This document shows, piece after piece, positions 51,962 through 64,000 of a stretch of DNA of 64,000 nt; the stretch's first letter is position 1, and each line of letters begins with the position of its first letter. Source of the DNA: Octopus vulgaris (taxonomy: Eukaryota); NCBI GenBank assembly GCA_951406725.2, contig OX597836.1:11966001-12030000 (forward strand), in the 5' to 3' direction. The position numbers were made by a program, and so were the translations under genes. Below the pieces are notes generated by a model, which searched no databases, was not told where the DNA came from, and was given only the letters and a program-made list of their open reading frames with translations.

Positions 51962-52696
51962 ACACACACACATACATGAATGAATGCGGTGATATCTAAG
52001 GTATGTTTCTTCCTAAACATCATTTATTTTAGTGCTGCACGGAACCGTAACATATATTTGCCACCTAAGTGTGGTGTCTGGTACAGGACGGTGCCACTGA
52101 TGTTTATAGCCCCAGGAAGACATCTCCTCCAGCTGGATAACAACACACATTCTGTGTCCGATTAGATCATCGTCATCATCGTTTAATGTCTCCTTCCCAT
52201 GCTGGCATAGGTTAGACAGTTTGATGCAGTGGACTTATATAGCTGAGTACCTGAATAGTACCTTACGGCTTCATCAGAGCCTTGACTATGAAGTGCAGTT
52301 CATTTGAGAAAACAATTACAAAAGGCTTAGCGGTATTTCAGTTATCTTTCCGTTCTGGGTTCAAATTCCGCAGAGGTCGACTTAGCCTTTCATCTGTTTT
52401 GGGGGTCGACAAAATAAGGACCAGTTGAGCACTGGCGTCAATTGTAATCGGCCCCCCCACCCCACCCCACCTGCGTTTGAAACTGTTGGCCTCGTGTGAA
52501 AATCTGAAACCATCATTATTATTATTATTATCATTATTATTATTATTATTATTATTATTGTTATTTAGTATATTGTTATTACTAATGTATAATAAAGTTT
52601 AATGTGGCCAGGATCAAAGTGTGATAGAGTGTACGAGACAAAAGTACAATTGTTCAAAGCAGCTGATATGAGCAAGTCGCATGCCTCTTCTCTACA

Positions 52697-52785
<89 letters not shown>

Positions 52786-52796
52786 ATGTATATATG

Positions 52797-52834
<38 letters not shown>

Positions 52835-52937
52835 TATAATCGTAATTATGTCAGTTATTCAATATGGGGCATGTAAGAAACCCATCCACCCTACCACCCC
52901 GCTTTTTATGCCTTCAGAAAATTTAAAGAAAACAATA

Positions 52938-52976
<39 letters not shown>

Positions 52977-53489
52977 GAGACCGTGATTGGTGAGGTAAGA
53001 TATTTCATTGCCGCAGACCACGGGGCGGGGGGAGAACGAGAAAGGAAGAAACAACATGGGGTGGGGATTGTGTGTGCATGTGCGTGTCTATGTGTGTGTG
53101 TGTGTGTGGGGGGGAGGTATCGAAGAAAAGGGGTGGGGTTCGCTTCAGTGAATCTTTCTTTTTTTTTTTCTAATAACAACCAATTTCCCACAAGACAAGC
53201 ATTTTTTTTTGTGTTTTTGTTTGCTTTTGTTTGCCAAGATTTCAATGATAAAGTATAAATCTCCCAGGGACACAAATGCTGTATTCTCACCATCTTGTTT
53301 GCTGTAATACAATACTGTGTATATATATATATATATAACTGTGGATATATAATTGTGTATATAATGCATTTTATTCCTAGGGAGGTCCCCCCCTCTTTTT
53401 TATTTGATTTTTTTTGGGGGGGGGAAGGGTTTTCTTTTCATGTTTTTTAATTTTTATTTTTTGCACTTTATAATCATTTAGAACTGAAC

Positions 53490-53662
53490 TCATCATCATC
53501 ATCATCATCATCGTTTAACGTCCGTTCTCCATGCTAGCATGGGTTGGACGGTTCGACCGGGGATCTGGGAAGCCAGAAGGCTGCACCAGGCTCCGGTCTT
53601 ATCTGGCAATGTTTCTACAGCTGGATGCCCTTCCTAACGCCAACCACTCCGTGAGTGTAGTT
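53490..53662 (-). mobile_element. Family G retroposon 3' part with (GAT)n tail (RTE-associated type)
   Basis: Minus strand ggttggcgttaggaagggcatccagctgtag...catggagaacggacgttaaacgatgatgat. Copies at ~8617-8728, ~12780-12920, ~27655-27780(+), ~38615-38830, ~41280-41420 and ~60540-60710(+). Confidence 0.7.
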
Positions 53663-53699
53663 GCATGCAATCATAGCCTTGGTTATAGTCTCCTTTTCA

Positions 53700-54373
53700 T
53701 TCTCTTGCTTCAGTCATCTGACTGCGGCCATGCTGGAGCACTGCCTTTAGTCGAACAAATCGACCCCCAGGACTTATTCTTTGTAAGCCTGGTACTTGTT
53801 CTATCGGTCTCTTTTGCTGAACTGCTAAGTTACGGGGATGTAAACACACCAGCACCGGTTGTCAGGTGATGGTGGTGGTGGTAGTGGGGGGAGACAAACA
53901 CAGACACACAAATACATACACACACACACATATATATATACATGTATATATGCGACGGGCATATAGTTTCCGTCTACCAAATGCACTCACAGGGTTTAGG
54001 TTGGGCCAAGGCTATAAAAGAAGACATTTGCCCAAGGTGCCACACAGTTGGACTGAACCCGAAACCATGTGTTTGGGAAGCAAGCATCTTACCGCACAGC
54101 CACACCTGTATATATACAAATGAATACATACATACATATATATATATATACATACATATATATATATCTGTGACCGTGTGTGTATCGTTGTCGATTTTTT
54201 TTTCCCTCCGTCTTCCCTTCCTTGAATCTTTCCCTTTCCTATGTTTCTGACAAAGAGCTCCGCTCGAAACGTTAAATCCTCCTTCTTTCCTTTCCTGATC
54301 GTCCAATAACACTATACTTGTTCCACGTCCTCGCATTGTTGTGTTTTCTCTTTGTGTTTTCGTGTTTGGATTA

Positions 54374-54423
<50 letters not shown>

Positions 54424-54600
54424 CACACACACACATACAATGGGCTTCTTTCAGTTTCTGTTTACCGAATCCACACACAAGGCTTTGGTCGGTCCGAAGG
54501 TATAGTAGAAGACACTTGGCCCAATGGGCCATGCAGTGGGATTGAACCCGGAACCATGCAGTTGGGAGCAAGCTTCTTACCACACAGCCGCTCCTGTGCC
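53700..54600 (-). mobile_element. SINE family A copy plus an extra 5' half, with the hammerhead-bearing repeat between them
   Basis: 53700-54110 and 54430-54600 are homologous to family A. Confidence 0.75.
54243..54277 (+). ncRNA. Minimal type-I hammerhead ribozyme motif, G8A variant, in a Penelope-like repeat (~54168-54378)
   Basis: GUUU-CUGACAA-A-GAGC-UCC-GCUC-GAAA-CG-UU-AAAU; the ~100 bp downstream is homologous to 1420-1489. Confidence 0.7.
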
Positions 54601-55335
54601 TGATGATGAAATAAATATCAAAAGCCAATATGTTGCAGTAGATTGTTTAATCTCGTTGAAGTTGCGATTTATCGGCTTGAAAGACAATTTAGGTAGCCGC
54701 CCCCTCACCCCCCCAACACACACACACACACACACACACACGGCCGAAACGAGAACCTCATTTATTATTCATGATAGCATTATTATACGTGGTCTATTTT
54801 CTTTTTTTTTTCTTTTTCGTTTTTACGGTAAATTCCTCATTTATATTTGTCATTACTGGGTATTGGAGAAGTATGCCACCGGAGCGGAGAGTAAGCCTGT
54901 CACCAGACTCTTCGTTTTTAAATCTTTTAAATCCTCATCGGAGCCTTCTTCATTTGAAATCATGTCAGTAAAGTCAGTTTTGGATCTCCGCGTAACAGCA
55001 CCGAGAAAAAGTCATGGACCGATTCCCCCCTTCCACCCCACCCACCCCCACTGTCTCCTCCCCCCCACCATTTGCCCCAATCCTCCCCACCGCCGCTGCC
55101 CTCCACTTCCTCCTATTTCCTTATCTTCTAAGACCTTGGCGCGGCGTTACGCTGCTATATAATAGAGGAACGGTTATTTTATTCATAGGATTTTTTTGCT
55201 TCTTCAAATTCCCTATCATATTTCCGCGAAATAGCATTACAGTTTGCAGTGTTAACAAGGGAGTTTCTTCAAACTCATTCGACATGCTACAAATAGCAGT
55301 TGAGTATCTCATAAATCATATCCTATTATGTATCT

Positions 55336-55385
<50 letters not shown>

Positions 55386-55629
55386 GTGTTTTTATTTATC
55401 TGATCTTATCAGTATATCATTTTTCCTATCTTGTCTGTCTGTCTATCTCTGTTTGCTTGTCTGCCCTCCCCTCCATCTATCATCTATCTATTTATTTCTC
55501 CATCCATCTATCCATCTGTCTATCTCTATCCATTTGTCCACCTACCTATTCATCCATCCACCCACTTATCTATCTTTATCTCTATCTATCTCTCCATCCA
55601 TCCATCCATCCATCTATCTGTCCAACCAC

Positions 55630-56083
<454 letters not shown>

Positions 56084-56882
56084 GTCCACCTACCTATTTA
56101 TCCATCCATCCACCCACTTACCTATCTTTATCCCTACCTATCCATCCATCCATTTATCTACCCACCTATCGTTCTATCCCTCCATCTACCCATCTATTCA
56201 TCTTTATCTCTACCTACCTACCTACCTACCAATCCATCCATCCAGCCACCTATCTACCTGCCCGTCTATCCATCTGTCAGCTGTTGTTGTCAGAAGAGAA
56301 AGTGCACTTCTAGTCTAGGACCCACTAGACTAGAGAAAATGGTAAAGGAACAAAAACACAAAATAAATCAATAAAACCCCCTGCAGCTGGTCTTATCTTC
56401 AGATCAGAAACCTTAGCAGAATACTTAAAAACCCGGTGGACTCCGCTAAAAGACCTACAGTTATCAGATGACGACTGGCGGCGTTGCCCACGATGGTGAT
56501 AATGGATGGAGATGGTAGTGTTAAAGTAAGAGAGCGCTAGGTAAGCAGTGCTGTCCAGGAAACAAAGAATCTGTGCTACCGATTCCTCTGTTGAGTTCTT
56601 CAGATTCTTCAGAACGGAGTGACTAACTCTGCTGGTAGTTGTTCTGAAAGGAAACACAAAGAATGGAAGAAGGAATGGTTTCCATAAGAAATACATGTGT
56701 GCATTAAACTATCTGGATACCAATGAGTGGAATATTTTTCCATGTTGGCATATTCTCTTAGCGCCATTGTCTGTCGTTTGCAACAGATTTCAATAGAACT
56801 TGTGTGAAATGCATTCATTTCCCTCATTCAGCCACCTCGTTAAATGAAAGAAGCGAGACGCCGCCTCTGCATTCAGAGCTTG

Positions 56883-57570
56883 TATTAATGAGCTAACGAG
56901 GCGAGCCCGCTTGTGCTGTTAGAAATAGCAGCCGATTCTCCTCGAAATGACATTGTGCCATTGTAAAACTGGAAAAGACGTGTTAGGTAGATACTGGGAT
57001 TGGAGTGGGGGGGGGGGTGGAAGGAGAGATGGTCATGGCTTGATTGCTTTTGATCAGAGAGGTCTGTCTGCTCTCATTAGAGCTATCGGCCTGGGGCTAA
57101 ATAACTATATAACGACTCTACAAGCCTGTTTGTGTGTGTGTTTTACCCCTTCCCGGCCCATCGCATAATAACCAGTGTTGGTTTGTTTGTGTCTCCGTAA
57201 CTTAGTAATTCAAAGCTTGTTTTAATGAGCCAATGAGGCAAGCCTGCTTCTGTGCAGTTGGTCATACTGCTAGAACTAACAGCTGATTCTTCCTCAAATG
57301 ACACTGTGCCATCGTAAAACTGGAAAGACATGTTAGATAGACACTACGTCTAATGGGAGGAGGGAGGAAGGGTGTGATGGAGTGGGTGGGAGGAGAGGTG
57401 GTCATGTCTTGATTGCTTTTGATCTGCTTGTTCTCACCAGAGCCGGCCTGTGGCTAAAGAACTATAACAACTCTACAAGCCTATCCTGTATAAATGTGTG
57501 TGTGTCTTGGTCCAGCATCACTTGACAGGTGTTGGTTTGTTTATGTTTCCATAACTTTTAGCAATTTGGT
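56883..57570. repeat. Diverged tandem duplication (~340 bp x2) of an unclassified dispersed repeat (family E)
   Basis: ttaatgagc..gaggcgagcc..aaactggaaaagac..gattgcttttgatc..actctacaagcct occurs twice; related inverted piece at ~26620-26830. Confidence 0.7.
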
Positions 57571-57594
57571 TTTAAAATTTTTGTCTTTCTATCT

Positions 57595-57982
57595 TTTTAC
57601 TCTTTTACTTGTTTCAGTCATTTGACTGCGGCCATGCTGGAGCACCCCCTTTAGTCAAGCAAATCGACCCCATGACTTATTCTTTGTAAGCCTAGTACTT
57701 ATTCTATCAGTCTTTTGCTGAACTGCTAAGTTACAGGGACGTAAACACACCATCATCAGTTGTCAAACGATGTTGAGGGGACATCTATAGACACACAAAC
57801 ATATACACACACATATTTACGACGGGCTTCTTTCAGTTTCCGTCTACCAAATCCACTCACAAGGCTTTGGTCGGCCCGAGGCTATAGCAGAAGACACTTG
57901 TGCCTAAGGTGCCACGCAGTGGGACTGAACCCAGAACCATGTTATCGGTAAGCAAGCTACTTACCACACAGCCACTTCTGCG
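57595..57982 (-). mobile_element. SINE family A
   Basis: Homologous to 617-1041. Confidence 0.8.
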
Positions 57983-58149
57983 TTTGTTTAGTTTTTTTTA
58001 CGAAACTAAGTCAGGTTCTTGCACATCGTTTTTTCTTTTTTTCCTTCACCTTCATTCCTTCTATTGCTCAGACCAGTCAATGCTAATCGCATATTTCTGT
58101 TAATGTCAACATTTTTAGCGAAATTCAAGTTCACATTTGCACTTTTCCC

Positions 58150-58192
<43 letters not shown>

Positions 58193-58371
58193 GTGAAATA
58201 TCGCTGAAAGAATGCAAATTACCTGAGTTTGTTTTGTCTTCCTTTCTCTCTTTTTCTTGCTGTCTTTCGTTCATTCATTCTTTTTTCTTTCTCTTCCTAC
58301 ACTCCACCTCCCACACGCGCTGCCTCTTCTTTGCCATAATAATTTATTGGAAAATAGTGTGTATATGAATA

Positions 58372-59672
58372 TATCATCATCATCATCATCATCATCATCG
58401 TCAGCATCATCATCATCATCATCATTATTATCATCATCATCATCATCGTCATTATCATCATCATCCACATCATCACCATCAGCATCATCATCATCGTCAG
58501 CATCATCATCGTCAGCATCATCATCGTCAGCATCATCATCATCACTACCACTATCATCATATCATCATGCTCGTTACTATCATCATCATCATCATCATCA
58601 TGGTAATCATTATTATCACACCCCCACCTCCCTCACCATCGTCATCATCATTATTGTTGTTGTTATCGTAATCATTATGTTCTTCATCATCATTACTTGT
58701 CGCCGTCGTCATCGTCATCATCTCATCAACACCAGTTCGTTATGATGATCGTTATCACCTTCGTTTGCAACGTCATCATCATCATCGTCATCATCATGAA
58801 CATCATCACTTCCATAGCCTTACGACCAGGATGCTGCCGATGAAGGCCATGAAGATGATGACTGTAATGATGATGATGATGATGATGATGATGACGAGGA
58901 TGGTAGTAGCAATGATGATCCACTATGAACACCACCACCACCACCACTACCACCTCTACCTTCACCATCGTCATCCGTCATCATTAGCGGTCAGTTCCAA
59001 TAGACAGCGATGTCCAGATGTAACACCAAAATATTCAATAAGTTCAAATCACACCGCAACCCCCCCCACCGCCAATTACTACCACCACCACCACCACCAC
59101 CGCAGTGGTAGTAGCACAATGGTTTTCCTGCTCAAGTGGACAGACGGAGGACGCCTGTGCATAATTTACCGTTGACGTGACACAAGAGTACAAATGGCAC
59201 CGTTCGTTCGTGCCAGGCAGTTCTGCTATGGCACCAGTAGTCTTGGTTGTTCGGGAAAATTAGAGAACACCTCTCCTCCGCCTCCTCCTTCTTTTCTTCT
59301 TCCCTCGCTTCTTCATCTTTTTCCTCCTCCTCCTCCTCTCGTCTTTGTCATTGTCTCTCTTCTCATCCTCATCCTCGTCATCTTTGTCTTCTTCATCTTC
59401 GTCTCCTTTGCGGTCTTCTTTGTCATCGTCTTCTTCTCCTCCTCCTCTTCTTCTTCTTCTTCTTCCTCCTCTTCTCCCTCCTCCTCCTCTTCTTCTTCTT
59501 CCTCCTCTTCTTCCTCCTGCTCCTCCTCTTCTTCTTCTTCTCTTCTTCTTCCTCCACCTTCTCTTCTTCCTTCTTCCTTCTCTTCTACCTTATCTTCTTC
59601 TTTCTCCTTCTTCCTTCTTCTTTCTCCTTCTTCCTTCTTCTTCCTCCTCCTCTTCTTCTTCTTCTTCTTCTT
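58372..59672. repeat. (CAT)n, (GAT)n, (CAC)n and (CTT/CCT)n trinucleotide tracts
   Basis: Direct observation; a similar (TTC)n/TTCAA tract is at 62322-62600. Confidence 0.9.
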
Positions 59673-59865
59673 ACTGCTGCATTTATTTGTTGTTGTTGGT
59701 GTTGTTGTTGCCAGCCAACAGGTTTATTAGAGAACAGGGGCCATCTTTTTTTTTTCTTTCTGATATTAAAGTGCTTCTGTTTATCTCTCACCATTTAACT
59801 TGTTGCAGTCATTTGGGATGGGCACTATTGCTCCCTCCAAGCTAATATATCTATCTATCTATCTA

Positions 59866-60050
59866 TTCCGTAGGCTTTTCTTTCCACAGATAAACCTAAT
59901 CTGTTTTTTACATTCATGATATTTTCTGTGATACAAGGTCCCTTTTTGATCAGAATTTTATTTTTCTCCTTTTCTTTTTTTAAAAAAAAAAGCTCTATAT
60001 CGTATTTTGTCCCCTCTGTATTTAACCCTGTGCGGCTAATAAAGAAAGTT
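59866..60050 (+). mobile_element. LINE-like 3' end within (TATC)n
   Basis: Homologous to 15474-15580; (TATC)n on both sides. Confidence 0.55.
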
Positions 60051-60073
60051 ATGTATGTATCTATCTATCTATA

Positions 60074-60131
<58 letters not shown>

Positions 60132-60357
60132 CCCCTCTCTCTCTATCTTCCTCTCTCTCTCTATCTTCCTTTCTCTCTACCTGTCTTCCTCTCGCTCTCT
60201 CTATCTATCTATTTATCTACATCTTTATCTTTCTGTCTAATCTATCTTTGTCTTTATCTATTTCTCTCTCTCTCTCTCTCTCTCTCTATGAATGGCATCT
60301 TTATGTGTGTCATGAGATTTCATGTTTATGCATTTATCTATCTATCTATCTATCTGC

Positions 60358-60453
<96 letters not shown>

Positions 60454-61180
60454 TTACCTATCTGTCTCTCTATCATGTATCTATCTATCTCATCCCTGTC
60501 TGTCTGTCTATATATCTATCTATCTGTTGATGAAAAAAATCACCCAGTACATGCCCTGAAGTGGTTAGTATTAGGAAGGGCATCCAACTGTAAAAATCAC
60601 CCCAAAGCAGACACTGAAGCTCAGCATGGGCTTCTGGCCTGGGTCAGAGCCTGTCAAACTGCCCAGCCCCCACACCAGCGTGGAAGACCTGTTAAGTGAT
60701 AATGTTGGCGATGAACACAAATGCAGGACTTCAGATTTTTTAGAGGCAGGGTATAGCCAATAATAGTCAATTGACCCCAGTACTTAATTGGTACTTTTTT
60801 TAATGATCCTGGTGAGAATTGAACTTGGGATGATAACCCAAAAGTCTGTCAAACCATTGAACCTTTTTCCATCATGGAAAAGGGAACACGAAATGATATA
60901 TTGTATCTGTTGCTTGTATAAGAGCAGTGTAGGGCCTGAAATTTGGACGAGGGTTGCAGGCAATTATATCGACCCCCCAGTACTGTATTTTCTCGATCTC
61001 CGTGCTTATCTCTTGGAGGAATGGAAAGCAAAGTTGACCATGGCGGGATTTGAACCTGGAATGTAAAGATCCAAACAAACACTGCAAAGAATTTTTGCCC
61101 GGCGCTCTAACCATTCTGCTAGTCCACATCGTCAGAACACATCTATAACAACGAAGCTGACAGCTGTTAGATGTTGTTTG

Positions 61181-61213
<33 letters not shown>

Positions 61214-61444
61214 GTGGTAGTTGTAGTAGTAGTAGTAGCAACAGTAGCAGTAATGGTTGTTGTGAGGACAGTGATGGCTGCAGTGACAAAAGAGAAAAAA
61301 AAAAAAAAAGAAATTAGGTGTGATTTCCATATTTTAGATAACTCCAAATAAAAAGAAAGAAACCATATATTGCATTATATATATGTATGTATATGCATGT
61401 GTGAATATATACGTACGTGCATAAATATATATGTATGTATCTAT

Positions 61445-61482
<38 letters not shown>

Positions 61483-61634
61483 TCTTCATTTGAAGGTAGA
61501 AAAAAAAGTTAATTCGACATTTCTTGCATGAAATTTTCTTTTTAGCTTACTCAAAAGATTTTCCCCAAAATGTCAGTATGACATATGGTGTATATTCTTA
61601 GCTATAGTATATCTCTTGATATAAATACAGTACT

Positions 61635-61689
<55 letters not shown>

Positions 61690-61723
61690 GTATATATGTA
61701 TATGTGTATATATATATATGCAT

Positions 61724-61787
<64 letters not shown>

Positions 61788-61856
61788 GTATATATGTATG
61801 TATTTATATATATGTATATATATGTATATATATGTATATATATGTATGTATTTATA

Positions 61857-61887
<31 letters not shown>

Positions 61888-61902
61888 GTATTTATATATA
61901 TG

Positions 61903-61936
<34 letters not shown>

Positions 61937-63098
61937 ATTATGTGTGTATTATTTTATTCATCAATCAGAAATTCTTGGTAGTTGCTTTTTTTTTTTGTTT
62001 TTATTCTTTTCCATAGCAAACAGTTACAAAAAACATACATAGAAAGATAAAATAAAATTTAAAAAAAACACGCCCAAGAAACAAACAAACAAAACAAAGA
62101 AACAAAAACAAAATAAACAACAAACGAAAAATATGCCCCTCCCCTCCTCCATTCTTTCCATTAAGCAACTTGCTATCATTCAAGTGTTGTGTTACTTTGT
62201 TGTGAATTGCAAACCTTCTTTTGGGGGGATCGTCCCCCCCTCCCCCCGTTTTTTATTCTTTTTTCCCAATGTGTAGATTGACAGACATATGGCTTTGACA
62301 TTCCCACAAACTGTCCCTAGATTCTTCTTCAATTCTTCTTCTTCTTCAATTCTTCTTCTTCTTCTTCTTCTTCTTCAATTCTTCTTCTTTTTCTTCTTCA
62401 ATTCTTCTTCTTCTTCTTCTTCTTCAATTCTTCTTCTTTTTCTTCTTCAATTCTTCTTCTTCTTCAATTCTTCTTCTTCTTTTTCAGTTCTTCTTCTTCT
62501 TCTTCTTCAGTTCTTCTTCTTCTTCTTCTTCTTTTCTTCTTTTTCAATTCTTCTTTTTCAATTCTTCTTCTTCAATTCTTCTTCTTATTATTATTATTAT
62601 TTTCTTTTTGTGATTTCATTGTGAAGTTTACTATTTTTTTAGTCCATGAATAAATTATTTGCAAAGTAGAAGAAATCTTGGGTCCTCGATGCTTTTGAAG
62701 TAAAAGAAATGAAAACGGAATAAGAATTATTACAAGCTGTGTAGGTAAAAAGAAAATTCTATGGGGAAGGGACTAGTTGATTACATCGACCCCCAATTCT
62801 TCACAGGTACTTAATTTATCAACCTTGAAAAAATGAAAGACAAAGTTGACCTTGGTGGAATTTGAACTCAGAATGTAAAAACTGACGAAATACCACTAAG
62901 CATTTTGCCCGGTGCACTAACAATTCTACCAGCTCATTGTCAGAATAATAATAAAAATAATGAAAAATTATAAACCCCGAAGTGGTTCTCGGCCATTAAA
63001 GGGAAAATTTCACCCTCCCTTTTATTTTTTAGTAAACTCTCTCTCTCTCTCAGCAGCATCAAAGATGGCCAGTAAAATGTCCCGTGTGTGTGTGTGTG

Positions 63099-63311
63099 TA
63101 CTCTTTACTCTCTTTTACTTGTTTCAGTCATTTGACTGCGGCCATGCTGGAGCACCACCTTTAGTCGAGCAAATCGACCCCCAGGACTTATTCTTTGTAA
63201 GCCTAGTACTTATTCTATTGGTCTCTTTTGCCAAGCCGCTAAGTTACAGGGACGTAAACACACAAGCATTGGTTGTCAAGTGATGCTGTGGGGACAAACA
63301 CAGACATACAA

Positions 63312-63373
<62 letters not shown>

Positions 63374-63790
63374 GTTAATAAAATAGAACATATGCATATA
63401 TATAAACATATATGTACGTACCTACCTCTACATGTACATATACACGCATATATGTGTACAGGACACCAAAAAGACGTCGAACACATAGAGAGACGAAAAA
63501 CATAGACACAAACCAAGGAACAGGACAAGCAAAAAAGAAAAAAAGAGATACAGGACAATAAGCACAACGAAAAATCCCCTTCTTCAGTCGCTAAGGTTTC
63601 ATCTACTCTACGACGGTCTTCTTTCAGTTTCCGTCTACCAAATCCACTCACAAGGCATTGGTCGGCCCGGGGCTATAGCAGAAGACACTTGCCCAAGATG
63701 CCACGCAGTGGGACTGAACCCAGAACCATGTGGTTGGTTAGCAAGCTACTTACCACACAGCCACTCCTGCGCCTATATATATATATATAT

Positions 63791-63821
<31 letters not shown>

Positions 63822-64000
63822 CATACACACACATATATATATATATATATACATACACATATATACGACGGTCTTCTTTCAGTTTTTGTCTACCAAATCC
63901 ACTCACAAGGCTTTGGTTGGCCTGAGGCTATAGTAGAAGACACTATGCCCAAGGTGCCACGCAGTGGGACTGAACCCGGAACCATGTGGTTGGTAAGCAA
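63099..64000 (-). mobile_element. SINE family A (interrupted by family D) plus a second 5' half running off the window
   Basis: 63099-63350, 63610-63774 and 63865-64000 are homologous to family A. Confidence 0.8.
63375..63612 (-). mobile_element. Family D repeat inserted in the internal microsatellite of a SINE-A copy
   Basis: Reverse complement matches 1490-1630 plus 2030-2110; flanked by the two halves of SINE-A. Confidence 0.6.

Noticed and set aside
52255-52282. Minus-strand CUGAUGA-A-GCC-GUAA-GGU hammerhead-like half
   Set aside because: No GAAA or cleavage triplet follows; at best a truncated remnant.

Overview
Eukaryotic, AT-rich, very microsatellite-dense animal DNA; the repeat landscape suggests a cephalopod/octopus genome (inference). 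The only host protein-coding sequence I can support is the large first coding exon of exostosin-1 (EXT1/tout-velu; 17131-18077, +). It ends at a phase-2 GT donor equivalent to vertebrate EXT1 intron 1, and I found no exon 2 in the remaining ~46 kb. The rest is repeats: several tRNA-headed SINE families, non-autonomous Helitrons plus a RepHel helicase remnant, piggyBac- and Tc1/mariner-type MITEs, RTE and R4/Dong-like LINE fragments, and Penelope-like non-coding repeats. Most interesting: (i) several minimal type-I hammerhead-ribozyme cores in Penelope-like repeats, (ii) a SINE forming head-to-tail concatemers with a fixed junction, whose tail matches a (TATC)n-associated LINE-like end, and (iii) two R4/Dong-like 3' ends stacked in a (CATA)n microsatellite. 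Nearly all other ORFs in the track are microsatellite or SINE artefacts. Repeat boundaries were read by eye and are approximate; family labels A-H are mine.
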